From contig OZ245838.1 in NCBI GenBank assembly GCA_965228735.1, positions 2,144,001 through 2,208,000 of the forward strand: a stretch of DNA of 64,000 nt. The letters are read 5' to 3'. Source of the DNA: Planctomycetota bacterium (GTDB lineage Bacteria; Planctomycetota; UBA1135; UBA2386). Below the pieces are notes generated by a model. The model was not told where the DNA came from, ran no database searches, and was given only the letters and a program-made list of their open reading frames with translations. This document shows, one piece after another, positions 41,500 to 51,931 of the stretch (positions are counted from its first letter, which is position 1; every line of letters begins with the position of its first letter). The position numbers and the translations under genes were made by a program.

Positions 41500-42939
41500 T
41501 CAGCGGATCTTGCTCTTCTGCGGGGCCTTCTTCAGGTCACCCTGCTGGAACTCGCCCTGCTGCTGCTTGCCCTTCTGGAGTTCGGGCCGTCGCGACTCCG
41601 AACGGCCGCCATCGACCTCGACGCGACCCGAATCGACGTTGTCGATCGGCGGCGCGTCGTGGTGCTTCTTGACCGTCCCGCGCATCTCCCGGCCGCGACG
41701 CACCCACGCGACCTCGACGACGTCACCCTTCGGGATCGCGCGCAGGCTGCGCCGCACGTCGGCCGGCGAACCGATCGGCGTATCGCCGATCGCGGTGATG
41801 ATGTCGTTGGCCTGCAGGCCGAGTTCGTCGGCGAGCGTGTCGGACTGCACGTCCTGGACCATCAGCCCGACGCCGTCCTCGAGGCCGAGGTAGCGGCGCA
41901 GCGCGACCGGCAGCTCGTCGCGGATCCGGATGCCGAGCCGTTCTCCATCACCGGGCGGCGCCACCTGACCCCGGGGATCACTGATACCGGGCGGGTTGCG
42001 CCACGGCTGCTGGCCGTTGCCGAACGGGTTCACGCCGCGGAACGGATCGACCTGCGCGAACGGATCATCGAGGTCGATCGACGGCGCCCGAAAGCTGCGG
42101 AACGTGAACGGCTGGCCGCCACCGAACAGCAGCCCGTTGTTCTTCAGGACGTCGGGATACTGGGTCTTGAACGTCTCGAGATCGGGCGCCTCGTAGACCT
42201 TGGTCTCGACCTCGCCGTCCTCGTTCTGCTCCTTGACCTCGACGCGCACGCCGTCGGGCCCGACCTGCATGTTCATGCCCTGCGACAGACCCTGCAGGCC
42301 CTGCATCCGACCCTGCAGGTCCTGCAGGTCGCGGAACTGCTGATCGATGTCGCGGAAGAAGTTGTCGTGGAAGAAGCGCCGCTGCGGCACGTCGATGCCG
42401 AAGTCGCGCTCGAGGCGCTGGAACATGTCCTCGAACTGCGTGCGGACGTCGGGCCCGCGCCCGGATGCCCACGGCCAGCTCGGCAAGCCGCCGATCTCGC
42501 CGCGAGTGCGGATCCGGTCGGGACCGGCCTGCCCTGGGCGGCGTTCCTCGGCGCCGCGGACCGGGTCCTGACCGCTCCCCTCGACCGGGTCCTGCGCCCG
42601 CCGCTCGGCCGACTCGATCTGCCGCACGAGGCGCTTGCTGCGCCACTGGATCTCGGCATCACCCGAATCCTGCGCGGCCTTGCGCAGCGTCTCGAGCGCG
42701 TCGGGGCCGATCTCGCGAAGCGCCTGCTCCGCGGCGACGCGGCGCTTGTAGCTGGCCGCGCCGAGGTCGCGGATCCAGCTCGCCACGGACCGGCTCCCGG
42801 TCTCGCTCTCGGCGGCGCCACCGGCACGTTCGGTACGTTCCTCCTTCTGTTGTTCTTGCTGCTGCGCGATGAGATGCCCCGCAGGCGCAATCCCGCCCAC
42901 GACGGCACCGAAGAGCAATCCAAAGGGTTTCCATTCCAT
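41500..42939 (-). CDS. Exported PDZ-domain protein with N-terminal HEAT-like helices
   Basis: RLGI..GLMVQDV...ADELGLQANDII PDZ; no protease triad visible. Confidence 0.8.
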   Translation of the reverse strand: MEWKPFGLLFGAVVGGIAPAGHLIAQQQEQQKEERTERAGGAAESETGSRSVASWIRDLGAASYKRRVAAEQALREIGPDALETLRKAAQDSGDAEIQWRSKRLVRQIESAERRAQDPVEGSGQDPVRGAEERRPGQAGPDRIRTRGEIGGLPSWPWASGRGPDVRTQFEDMFQRLERDFGIDVPQRRFFHDNFFRDIDQQFRDLQDLQGRMQGLQGLSQGMNMQVGPDGVRVEVKEQNEDGEVETKVYEAPDLETFKTQYPDVLKNNGLLFGGGQPFTFRSFRAPSIDLDDPFAQVDPFRGVNPFGNGQQPWRNPPGISDPRGQVAPPGDGERLGIRIRDELPVALRRYLGLEDGVGLMVQDVQSDTLADELGLQANDIITAIGDTPIGSPADVRRSLRAIPKGDVVEVAWVRRGREMRGTVKKHHDAPPIDNVDSGRVEVDGGRSESRRPELQKGKQQQGEFQQGDLKKAPQKSKIR

Positions 42940-43017
42940 GCCGCGCACTACGAACGAAAGCGCGGAGGACTCCGAAATCGAAGCGCTGGAACGCGCCCCC
43001 TCGACCGGTTGCAGCGG

Positions 43018-43833
43018 CTACCTGTCGCCGCCCGAACCGCGCCCCGTCGGGACCTGCGGCGCCCCTTCGGGCCCACCTGCCGGCTCGCTGGCGGGCCCAC
43101 CACCTGCGGACTCGGGTTCGGACTCGGCGCCAGGGCGCGACTCCGCCGGGAACTCCGGCTGGTCGACACCGGGCGGCGGCATCGGCGGTTCGAGTGGGTC
43201 GGGTGGACCGTCGAACCCCTCGAGGCTGCGCAGCTGCCAGCGCCCCATCATGCCGGAGCCGGCGGGCGCCTCGACCTCGAGCTCGTTGCTCCAGCGCTCG
43301 GTCTGCCCGAGCGGCCGCATCGTGGCCCGCGGGCCGGCCCACGGCACGGCCAGATCGCCACGGCTGCCGCCAGCATTGCCATTCGGCTCCCCACCCGCGG
43401 CCCCGGTTGCGAACGGGATCGGGTCGCGGTCGAGCAGCGAACTCGCGGCCGGCTCGCTGACGCTCCACCACCCGAGCCAGAACAGCAGCCCCGCGGCCGC
43501 GGCCCACAGCACGCGCGCCGCCATCGGCAACTGGCCACCCAGACCCAATCCGCGGCCCCAGCGCCCACGACGCGGCTGCGACGCGACCCGTTCGACGGCC
43601 GCCACCGTGTCCTCGTGCAGCCGCGTGAACATCGCCTCGTCGACGCCGGGCAAGGACTCGTCAGCCAACCCGACGAGCGCCTTGCGCGCCTGCTGCAGAC
43701 CGGCGGCCTCGCGCCGACACGGCAGGCAACGCGCCAGGTGATCCGCGACCACGTGCGCTTCGTCGCGACCGAGTTCGCCGCCGACGAACCAGGTCAGCCG
43801 TTCGCCGACCCAATCACACGAGGGCGACGTCAT
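43018..43833 (-). CDS. Zinc-finger (zf-HC2) anti-sigma factor
   Basis: HLARCLPC (HxxxCxxC) plus TM helix; ATGA-coupled to the sigma gene. Confidence 0.88.
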   Translation of the reverse strand: MTSPSCDWVGERLTWFVGGELGRDEAHVVADHLARCLPCRREAAGLQQARKALVGLADESLPGVDEAMFTRLHEDTVAAVERVASQPRRGRWGRGLGLGGQLPMAARVLWAAAAGLLFWLGWWSVSEPAASSLLDRDPIPFATGAAGGEPNGNAGGSRGDLAVPWAGPRATMRPLGQTERWSNELEVEAPAGSGMMGRWQLRSLEGFDGPPDPLEPPMPPPGVDQPEFPAESRPGAESEPESAGGGPASEPAGGPEGAPQVPTGRGSGGDR

Positions 43834-44564
43834 GCCTGCTCCTCCGCACCGGCCGCGCCGTCGTCGACTGCGGGCCCGCGATTCTCACCGCGCTCGACGA
43901 CCCGCTCCCAGAGCTCGCGAAAGTGGATGCGGCCGCGGTGCAATCGCCAGCGGGCGGTCGCGTGCGTGACCTTGAGGATCGGCGCGATCTCGCGGCAGCT
44001 CAGGCCGTGGATGTCGCGCAGCACGAGCACGGCGCGGAACTTGGTATCGAGTCGATCGAGCACCTGCCAGACGAGGCCGTCGCGCTCGCGCGCCTCGAGC
44101 TGACTCGGGCCATCGTGCTCGCGTTCGTCGACGAGCATCGGCAGGTGATCCTCGAGATCGCGGCCGCGCGCGCTCTTGCGCTTGCGCAGGCTGTCGATCG
44201 CGAGGTTCATCACGATGCGGTAGAACCAGGTGTAGAAGCTGCGCGACCAGTCGTAGCGGTCGAGGGACCGGAACAGCCGGACGAATGCCTCCTGCGCGAC
44301 GTCGCGGGCATCCTCGACGCGGCCGAGCACGTGGTAGGCGATCCAGAACGCGCGCTTCTGGTAGCGGGCGACGAGGGCCGAGAACGGGTCGTCCTGGCCG
44401 GCGAGTGCCCGCCGCACGAGCTCGGCGTCGGAGATCTCGGCTGCGGCCGCGAGCGTCGCGACCTCGCGCGGCAACCCGCTCGGCAACTCCGGGGCGTGGT
44501 CCCGGAGCGACCGCAGGCGGCCGGCCGTGCCGGCCGAGGCCGTGTTCGCCGAGCTGTGTGGCAT
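43830..44564 (-). CDS. ECF RNA polymerase sigma factor
   Basis: DARDVAQEAF, FYTWFYRIVMN, GLSCREIA..RLHRGR. Confidence 0.93.
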   Translation of the reverse strand: MPHSSANTASAGTAGRLRSLRDHAPELPSGLPREVATLAAAAEISDAELVRRALAGQDDPFSALVARYQKRAFWIAYHVLGRVEDARDVAQEAFVRLFRSLDRYDWSRSFYTWFYRIVMNLAIDSLRKRKSARGRDLEDHLPMLVDEREHDGPSQLEARERDGLVWQVLDRLDTKFRAVLVLRDIHGLSCREIAPILKVTHATARWRLHRGRIHFRELWERVVERGENRGPAVDDGAAGAEEQA

Positions 44565-44679
44565 CGACAGCACCATACGGGCCGGCTGGCGGTCCTGCGA
44601 GTCGCGGCCGTGGCGGGAATATCGCCCGGGCACCCCGATCCGGCCGCGGTCGGACGGGAGCCGCGAGCGGGCCGCGCCC

Positions 44680-45675
44680 CTACTTCGACTTTCGCTTCTT
44701 GTGCGGATCGCCCATGCCGCGGAACTTGCGGTAGCGCTGCTCGAGCAGCTCCTCGGAACTCAGCTGCGCCAGCTCGTTCAACCAGGCCACGATCTGCTTC
44801 TTCACTGTCGCGACCGTCGCCTTGGGATCGCGGTGCGCGCCGCCCAGCGGCTCGTCGAGCACCTTGTCGACGAGCCCGAGGCGCAGCAGATCCGGGCCCG
44901 TGAGCTTGAGGGCCTCGGCCGCCTCGGGCGCCTTCTCGCCGCTCTTCCACAGGATCGCAGCGCAGCCCTCGGGCGAGATCACCGAGTAGTAGCTGTTCTC
45001 GAGCATGCCGACGCGGTCGCCCACGCCGATGCCGAGCGCGCCGCCGGACCCGCCCTCGCCGATGACGAGGCAGATGATCGGCACGGGCAGTTCGAACATC
45101 TCGAGGATGTTGGTCGCGATCGCCGCGGCCTGGCCGCGCTCCTCCGCGCCGATGCCGGGATACGCGCCGGGCGTATTGATGAACGACACGATCGGCAGCT
45201 TCATCTTCACCGCGAGCCGCATCTTCTGCAGCGCCTTGCGGTAGCCCTCGGGGTGCGCGCAGCCGAAGTTGGACGCGAGCCGGTCCTTCACCGTCTTGCC
45301 CTTGCGGTGGCCGACGAGCAGGAAGCGGATGCCGTCCATCGACGCGAGCCCCGTGATGATCGCGCCGTCGTCGCCGTAGACCCGATCGCCGTGCAGCTCC
45401 ACGAAGTCGTCGCACATCAACTGGATGTAATCCGACGTCAACGGCCGGTCGCTGTGACGCGCGACGTTCACGCGCTCCCAGGGCGACAGCTGGTCGTAGA
45501 CCTCGGCGGTCTGCTTCGCGAGCCGCGCCTCGAGCGCGTCGATCTCGTCGGACAGGTCGAGGTGCGAGTCCTTGCTCAGGCCGCGCAGCTCGTCGATCCG
45601 AGCCTGCAGATCCTTGAGCGGCCGCTCGAACGCGAGACCATCGTGGGCCGCGGGCTTGGCGGAGGGCTGGGTCAT
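44680..45675 (-). CDS. accA: Acetyl-CoA carboxylase carboxyltransferase alpha subunit
   Basis: ELHGDR, PEGYRKA, TPGAYPG, GEGGSGGALG, SVISPEGCA. Confidence 0.97.
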   Translation of the reverse strand: MTQPSAKPAAHDGLAFERPLKDLQARIDELRGLSKDSHLDLSDEIDALEARLAKQTAEVYDQLSPWERVNVARHSDRPLTSDYIQLMCDDFVELHGDRVYGDDGAIITGLASMDGIRFLLVGHRKGKTVKDRLASNFGCAHPEGYRKALQKMRLAVKMKLPIVSFINTPGAYPGIGAEERGQAAAIATNILEMFELPVPIICLVIGEGGSGGALGIGVGDRVGMLENSYYSVISPEGCAAILWKSGEKAPEAAEALKLTGPDLLRLGLVDKVLDEPLGGAHRDPKATVATVKKQIVAWLNELAQLSSEELLEQRYRKFRGMGDPHKKRKSK

Positions 45676-45886
45676 AGCGGCGCGACTCTACGGATTGGCA
45701 CCCCGGAGTCAGACCGAAAAGCGGTCCTGACCCGATCCCGGCCCGCGGCTCCACCGAACGGGCCAGGGGGCCGATCCGGCGAGTCGGGCCCGGCCCTGGT
45801 AGACTCGGTGGCATGGCACCGTCACCCCCGGGCGGCGCCGTCGCCAGTCGAGGGGCCCCGATCGAGGTCCCCCGGGAAGGACTGCC

Positions 45887-47479
45887 ATGCACTCCACGAT
45901 GTTCTCCGTGACCGCGATGCTCGCGTTCACGTTCGCCGTCCACGACGCCGCCGCGCAGGCGACGTCATGCCCCCCGGCCGTCTACTTCGGGTTCCACCAG
46001 GAACGCGTCGGAGCCGTCCTCGTCAGCGAGGGCAGCGAAGCCCTGTTCGGCCACGGCAACGGCTGGAACTGCGGGTTCTTCGCGCGCCACCGCGACGACT
46101 ACTGGCGCCGCACGACGCTCATGGGCGGCGTGGGCCCGAACTACGGGACGGCCGGTGCCAGCGCCGCGTTCGAGAACGGCGTCGTGCTGCTCGGCGATCC
46201 GCAGGAGTACTCGATGCCGGGCTTCTGGCAGCAGTCGCCGAACGGCTCCGCGATCATCTACGAACGCGTCAACGGCACGTGGACCCGGACCGCGCAGTTC
46301 TACCCGCAGAACCCCGTGCCCGGCGCCTCGGGCTACGCCTACTACGTCGCGCTCGAGGACGACGGCACGCGCGCGGTCGTCGCGGCGAGCCGCACGAACG
46401 CGGGCGGCACGATCTACGTCTACCACAAGCAACCGTCGGGCTGGGCGCTCGAGCAGACCATCGACGGCAACTCGCTCACGCCACCCGCCGTGCTCGACGG
46501 CCCGGTCGCGCTGACCCAGGGCCACCTGTTCCTCGCATCGCGCACGAGCTACTTCCCGGCGCCGGGGCCCGGCGAGGTGCGCGTGCTCACGCGGCAGAGC
46601 GGCACGTGGACGGAGGTCGCCACGCTCGCGCCGCCGCAGCTGTCCCCGACCGCGCGTTTCGGGGTGTCGATGGCCACCGACAGCGGCCACGCCGTGATCG
46701 CGTCCGTCGTCCAGCCGTACCCGAACTCGACCGCGCAGGGCATCGTGTTCGAGTACGACACGAGCCTGCCAAACTGGACGACCCAACCGACCGTGATCTC
46801 GCTGCCGACGAGCAGCACGACGACGCTGTTCGGACGGTCACTCGACCTCGACGGCGACCGCCTCGCGATCGGCGCGCGCGACGAGGCCTTCGTCTACGAA
46901 CGCGGGCCGACCAGTTGGCAGCGGACCGTGCGGGTCGTGCCACCGCCGACCGGCTTCAGTTCGCAGTTCGGCCAGGCGGTCGCGCTGTTTCCCGACGGTC
47001 TGCTCGTCGGCGATCCCACGCACGACGACGACCCGTGGCAGTACCCGGACAACCCCGGCGGCGTGCACGCGTTCGACCTCACGGACTACGGCCGGGAGTT
47101 CCAGGGTTGCGGCCGCGGTGTCGCGATCGAATGGGGCGGCACGCTGACGATGCGCGTCCGCTGGCCGCAGCAGGCGAACAACAGCTACCAGGTGTTCGGC
47201 TCGTTCACCGGCTTCGGGCCGACCGTCGTCCACGGCGTGCCGATCCCGCTCACGCAGGACCTCTACACGAGCGTGCTGATCGCCAACCCATCATTCATCA
47301 CGGGCGGCACCGGCATGCTCAACCAATGGGGCGCGGCCAACCTGACGTGGAACGTCCCGCAGGGCCTGCCGGCCTCGCTCGACGGCGCGCAGTTCCATCA
47401 CGCCATCGTCGCGTGGGACAGCAACGGCACGCTCGCCGCGAGCAACGCGATCACGAGCGAGCTCGTGAAGATCTACTGA
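45887..47479 (+). CDS. Secreted FG-GAP-like beta-propeller protein
   Basis: Signal peptide; FGVSMA, FGRSLDLDGDRLAIGA and FGQAVAL repeats. Confidence 0.8.
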   Translation: MHSTMFSVTAMLAFTFAVHDAAAQATSCPPAVYFGFHQERVGAVLVSEGSEALFGHGNGWNCGFFARHRDDYWRRTTLMGGVGPNYGTAGASAAFENGVVLLGDPQEYSMPGFWQQSPNGSAIIYERVNGTWTRTAQFYPQNPVPGASGYAYYVALEDDGTRAVVAASRTNAGGTIYVYHKQPSGWALEQTIDGNSLTPPAVLDGPVALTQGHLFLASRTSYFPAPGPGEVRVLTRQSGTWTEVATLAPPQLSPTARFGVSMATDSGHAVIASVVQPYPNSTAQGIVFEYDTSLPNWTTQPTVISLPTSSTTTLFGRSLDLDGDRLAIGARDEAFVYERGPTSWQRTVRVVPPPTGFSSQFGQAVALFPDGLLVGDPTHDDDPWQYPDNPGGVHAFDLTDYGREFQGCGRGVAIEWGGTLTMRVRWPQQANNSYQVFGSFTGFGPTVVHGVPIPLTQDLYTSVLIANPSFITGGTGMLNQWGAANLTWNVPQGLPASLDGAQFHHAIVAWDSNGTLAASNAITSELVKIY

Positions 47480-47507
47480 GTGAACATACGGAACCCGGTA
47501 TGTTCAC
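47480..47507. terminator. Hairpin between convergent genes
   Basis: gtgaacatac ... gtatgttcac, 10-bp stem. Confidence 0.6.
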
Positions 47508-48856
47508 AGGCCGTACTCCTTGATCTTGCGATAGAGCGTCCGTTCGCTGACGCCCATCGACCTGGCGGCCTTCTGCCGGTTGCCGTTCGTGAGTTCGAGC
47601 GCGACGCGGATGTGGTTGCGTTCGACCTCCTGCCAGGTGCGGCCCGCGAGGAACTGCCACGCGTCGCTGTCCGACGGCATCGGCGCCGAGACCTCGGGCG
47701 GCAGGTCGGCGCGCGTCAGGATGTTGCCCTTGGCGCGGACGACCATCGACTCGACCGCGTTGCGCAGCTCACGCACGTTGCCGGGCCAGTCGTACTGCAT
47801 GAGCGCGACGAGGGCATCGCGGTCGATCGACTCGACGTCCTTGCCGTGCAGCTCGCTGAAGTGGCCGAGGAAATGCTCGACGAGCAGGCGGATGTCCGAC
47901 CGCCGCTCGCTGAGCGGCGGCAGCTCGATCGTCACGACCTTGAGGCGGAAGTAGAGGTCCTGGCGGAACTGGCCGTCCGCCACCTTCTGCTGCAGATCGG
48001 CGTTGGTCGCGGCGAGCACGCGCACGTCGACGGGCCGCAGCCGGTTGTCCCCGAGCCGTGAGATCGCGCGTTCTTCGAGCACGCGCAGCAGCTTGACCTG
48101 CGTCGACATCGGCATGTCGCCGACCTCGTCGAGCAGCAGCGTGCCGCCGTCGGCGTACTCGAACTTGCCCTCGCGGTCCGCGACGGCCCCCGTGAACGCG
48201 CCCTTGATGTGCCCGAACAGCTCGCTCTCGATCGTGCCCTCCGACATGCCGCCGCAGTTGATCGCGACGAACGGGCGCTTGCTGCGCGGCGACAGCGTGT
48301 GGATCGCGCGCGCGACGAGCTCCTTGCCCGTGCCGGAGCTGCCGAGGATCAGCACGGACGCCGCGGTGCCGGCGATCTGCCGCACGAGCGCGAGCACGCG
48401 CTGCATGCGCGGGTCCTGACCGACGATGCCGTCGATGCCGAACGTGCGTTCGACCTGACCCTTGAGGTCGTCGTACGCGACGTCCTTACCGTGATCCTCG
48501 AGCGACCGCTTGACCTTGGCGCGCAGCTCGCCGAGGTCGACGGGCTTCTCGACGTAGTAGGTCGCGCCCTGCTCCATCGCCTGCACGGCGACGTCGCGCG
48601 AGCCGTGCCCGGTCAGCATCACGACGCGGCAGTTGGCATAGTTCTGCTTCGCGGCGTCGAGCACCTGGAAGCCGTCGGTGCCCTGCATCTTGAGATCGGT
48701 GACGACGACCGCGAAGCGCCGCGCCGCGAGCAGCTCGACGGCCTCGTCACCACTGCTGGCGGTCGTGATCTGAACGGGCAGCACCTCGAGGGCCGCCTCG
48801 AGGGATTCGCGCAGGGCGTCGTCGTCGTCGACGATGAGGATCGGATCGGTCGTCAT
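47504..48856 (-). CDS. Sigma-54-dependent response regulator (NtrC/AtoC family)
   Basis: REC domain (VDDD, TDLKM), [22 protein letters not shown], Fis-type HTH. Confidence 0.95.
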   Translation of the reverse strand: MTTDPILIVDDDDALRESLEAALEVLPVQITTASSGDEAVELLAARRFAVVVTDLKMQGTDGFQVLDAAKQNYANCRVVMLTGHGSRDVAVQAMEQGATYYVEKPVDLGELRAKVKRSLEDHGKDVAYDDLKGQVERTFGIDGIVGQDPRMQRVLALVRQIAGTAASVLILGSSGTGKELVARAIHTLSPRSKRPFVAINCGGMSEGTIESELFGHIKGAFTGAVADREGKFEYADGGTLLLDEVGDMPMSTQVKLLRVLEERAISRLGDNRLRPVDVRVLAATNADLQQKVADGQFRQDLYFRLKVVTIELPPLSERRSDIRLLVEHFLGHFSELHGKDVESIDRDALVALMQYDWPGNVRELRNAVESMVVRAKGNILTRADLPPEVSAPMPSDSDAWQFLAGRTWQEVERNHIRVALELTNGNRQKAARSMGVSERTLYRKIKEYGL

Positions 48857-48870
48857 GCGGTGGGCATCGA

Positions 48871-48930
48871 GCGGGAGCCAGTCTTGCGTGAGTCGATCAT
48901 GCGTGAGTCGATCATTCGTGAGCCGATTTA
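48871..48930. repeat. 15-bp tandem repeat x4 (two exact copies)
   Basis: gcgtgagtcgatcat at 48886 and 48901, with degenerate flanking copies. Confidence 0.75.
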
Positions 48931-49683
48931 TGAGTGGGTTCGGGGCAGCGCCATCGTGAACTGCGTGCCCTTGCCGACTTCGGATTCCATGGTCAGTTCG
49001 CCGCCGTGCTCGGCGACGACACGGCGAACGGTCGCGAGTCCGAGACCGGTGCCCGCCTTCTTCGTGCTGACGTAGGGTTCGAACACGCGGTCCTTGACGT
49101 CGTCGGGGATGCCGGCACCGGTGTCCGTGACCTGGATGAGCACGTTGCCGACCGACCCATCGTCGGCCGGCGGGCGAACGGACCTGGTCGCGATCATCAC
49201 CTCGCCGCCGCTCGGCGTCGCGTCGCGCGCATTGCGCACGAGATTGACGATCGCGGCCCGCAGCAGCTTCCAGTCGACGTCCACCTGACCGACGTCACTG
49301 CCCGGATAGAACCGCAACGAGACCCCGGCCTCGGCCATCTCGGGCTGGTGGAACTCGACGATCTCGCGCACGCGCGCGTTGAGGTCGACGGCGACGAACT
49401 CCGGCACCGGCGCGCGCGCGAAGCTGAGGAACTCCTCGAGGATCGTCTGCAGCCGCTGCACCTCGGCGTGCACGGTCGCGAGCCGCTTGTGCGTGCGCTT
49501 CTCGCGCGCGCCCTCGGCCTCGGTGAACTCCTCGAGCACGAGCTGCAGGTTGAGCCCGATCGTGCTCAACGGGTTGCGCACCTCGTGCGCAAAGCCGGCG
49601 AGGAGCGTGCCGAGCTGCGCGAGGCGCTCGAGCCGGATCCGGTCGGCGCGCTGAGTGCGAGTTTGCTGCCCGTTCGAAGGCAT
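48928..49683 (-). CDS. Histidine kinase core (HisKA + HATPase, no sensor domain)
   Basis: [26 protein letters not shown]. Confidence 0.92.
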   Translation of the reverse strand: MPSNGQQTRTQRADRIRLERLAQLGTLLAGFAHEVRNPLSTIGLNLQLVLEEFTEAEGAREKRTHKRLATVHAEVQRLQTILEEFLSFARAPVPEFVAVDLNARVREIVEFHQPEMAEAGVSLRFYPGSDVGQVDVDWKLLRAAIVNLVRNARDATPSGGEVMIATRSVRPPADDGSVGNVLIQVTDTGAGIPDDVKDRVFEPYVSTKKAGTGLGLATVRRVVAEHGGELTMESEVGKGTQFTMALPRTHS

Positions 49684-49762
49684 GATCCATCGAGGATAGT
49701 CGGCCGGCGCCGCAGAATCCTCGCGCTTCTGACCGCCAGCGGTTCCTGGTAAGGTCGGCGCA

Positions 49763-50875
49763 ATGCCTTGCGAACGCCGGCCCCTCGCAGAGGCCGACGC
49801 TGCGGACTCGATCGCGCAGCTCGTCGCCGAAACCGCCGAACGGCTGCGCCGCGGCGAACTCTGCGCGTTGCCGACCGAGACGGTCTACGGCCTCGCCGTG
49901 CTGCCGAGCCACGCGGACGCCGTCGCCCGTGCGCGGGCGATGAAGGGCCGGGCCCAGAGCCACCCGTTCACCTACCACATCGCGGCCATGGCGGACCTGC
50001 ACCGCCTCGCCGCGAACCCGAGCGCCCGCATCCGCCGGCTCACCGAACGCTACTGGCCGGGTCCGCTGACCGTCGTGCTGCCGGCGCGATCGGGCGAGGC
50101 CGACGCGACGGTCGGGCTGCGCCTGCCGGCCCACGCGTTCACCCAACAGGTCATCGCCGCGTGCGGCGAGCCGCTCTGGCTCAGCAGCATCAACGAGACC
50201 GGCAAGGAACCGCTCGTCGACCCCGACGCGATCGCCGCGCAGTTCGGCGAGCACCTGGACCTGCTGATCGACGACGGTCCGTCGCCGCTCGGCAACGCGT
50301 CGACGGTCGTGCGCGACCTCGGCGACCACCTCGAAGTCCTGCGGGCCGGCATCCTCGATCACGATCAGGTGCTGCACACGGCGGCCGAGCTCACGCTGTT
50401 CGTCTGCACCGGCAACACGTGCCGTTCGCCGCTCGCGGAGGCCCTCGCGCGCGACCTCACCGCGCGGACCCTTGGCATCGAACCAACGGAAGTCCTCGCG
50501 CGCGGCCACGCCTTCCTGAGTGCCGGCACGGCGACGCACCCGGGCATGCCCGCGAGCGAAGGCAGCGTCGCGGCCGGTCAAGAGATCGGCCTCGACCTGT
50601 CGCACCACCAGAGCCGGTTCGTCGACGGCGAACTCGTGCGGGCCGCGACCAGGATCTACTGCCTCAGCGACAGCCACCGCCGCGCGCTGCTCGCCGAGTT
50701 TCCGAACGCTGGCGGCCCAAACGCTGGCGGTAAGGTCCAGCTGCTGCGTCCCGACCAGCTCGACATCCAGGACCCGTTCGGCGGTCCGATCGAGGTCTAC
50801 CGCAAGGCCCGTGACGAGATCCGCGCCGCGGTCGGCGCGCGCCTGCCGGACTGGCTCGGCCAGCGCGACACGTAG
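49763..50875 (+). CDS. TsaC/Sua5 threonylcarbamoyl-AMP synthase fused to an LMW (arginine-type) phosphatase
   Basis: LPTETVYGL, KGR, YWPGPLT, then FVCTGNTCRSP and IQDPFGG. Confidence 0.9.
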   Translation: MPCERRPLAEADAADSIAQLVAETAERLRRGELCALPTETVYGLAVLPSHADAVARARAMKGRAQSHPFTYHIAAMADLHRLAANPSARIRRLTERYWPGPLTVVLPARSGEADATVGLRLPAHAFTQQVIAACGEPLWLSSINETGKEPLVDPDAIAAQFGEHLDLLIDDGPSPLGNASTVVRDLGDHLEVLRAGILDHDQVLHTAAELTLFVCTGNTCRSPLAEALARDLTARTLGIEPTEVLARGHAFLSAGTATHPGMPASEGSVAAGQEIGLDLSHHQSRFVDGELVRAATRIYCLSDSHRRALLAEFPNAGGPNAGGKVQLLRPDQLDIQDPFGGPIEVYRKARDEIRAAVGARLPDWLGQRDT

Positions 50876-50882
50876 CGCCCAC

Positions 50883-50922
50883 CCTGACGCGCCGCGGACC
50901 GCGCGCCGCGGACCGCGTCAGG
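50883..50922. terminator. Hairpin between convergent genes
   Basis: cctgacgcg ... cgcgtcagg, overlapping the lpxD stop. Confidence 0.5.
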
Positions 50923-51931
50923 AACCCTTCTTCTGCGCGGCCCAGTCGGCTCGCATCTCGGGCAGATCGGCCAGCGCGCGGTGCACGCGCAGGAACAGCT
51001 TCTTCTCGACCGGCGGATAGCCGATGTACTCGCCCGCACGCCGGATGCTGCTCAACGCGCTCGTGCCGCCGCCGAGCATCACGTTGTCGGCGATCTTGAG
51101 ATGATCGCCACACGCCGCGCGCCCGCCCCACAGGTTGTTCTTCCCGACCGTCGTGCTGCCCGCGACCATCGCGCCGGCCGCCATCAGCGTGTTGCTGCCG
51201 ATCCGCACGTTGTGCGCGATGTGGCAGTGGTTGTCGAATTTGCAGCCGTCCTCGATGACCGTGTCGTTGATCGCGCCGCGGTCGACGATCGTGTTGGAGC
51301 CGAACTCGACGTCGTTGCCCACCCGGACCCCGCCGAGCTGCGGGACCTTGTGCCACGTGCCGCCCTCGGACTTGTAGCCGAACCCGTCGCTGCCGATCAC
51401 GGCGCCGCTGTGCACGAACACGCGATCCCCGAACGTCACGCGATCGTAGATCGTGACTCCGGGATAGAGCACGCAGTCGCGCCCGAGCGTCACGCCGTCA
51501 CCGATCGTCACGTTCGCGCGGATGACCGACCCAGCGCCGATGCGACTGCGGCCGATCACGGCGTGCGGCCCGACGACGACCGGCGCCTCGAGCACCGCCT
51601 CGTCGTGCACGACGGCCGTCGGGTGCACGTCGTGCTCGACGGCCTTCGGCATCGGGTGGAAGTGCCGGGCCACGACGACGAACGCGTGGTCGACGTCGGC
51701 CACGATGACCTGTTGCGCGGGCGTCTCGAGCTCGCACGTCGTGAGCAGCGCGCCGATCGCGGTATCGCGCGCGGCGGCGGCGTAGTCGGGATCGCGTGGG
51801 TCGCGGACGAACCCGACGAGCTCGGGGCCGGCGTTCCGCAGATCGCCGAGCCCGCGAATCACCAGGTCGCCATCACCCACACAGCGGCCACCGACCATCT
51901 CGGTGAGCGCGCGAACAGTCAGCTCGGTCAT
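50918..51931 (-). CDS. lpxD: UDP-3-O-acylglucosamine N-acyltransferase
   Basis: IGSDGFGY, KVPQLGGV, VDRGA..DT, IAHNV, hexapeptide repeats. Confidence 0.94.
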   Translation of the reverse strand: MTELTVRALTEMVGGRCVGDGDLVIRGLGDLRNAGPELVGFVRDPRDPDYAAAARDTAIGALLTTCELETPAQQVIVADVDHAFVVVARHFHPMPKAVEHDVHPTAVVHDEAVLEAPVVVGPHAVIGRSRIGAGSVIRANVTIGDGVTLGRDCVLYPGVTIYDRVTFGDRVFVHSGAVIGSDGFGYKSEGGTWHKVPQLGGVRVGNDVEFGSNTIVDRGAINDTVIEDGCKFDNHCHIAHNVRIGSNTLMAAGAMVAGSTTVGKNNLWGGRAACGDHLKIADNVMLGGGTSALSSIRRAGEYIGYPPVEKKLFLRVHRALADLPEMRADWAAQKKGS

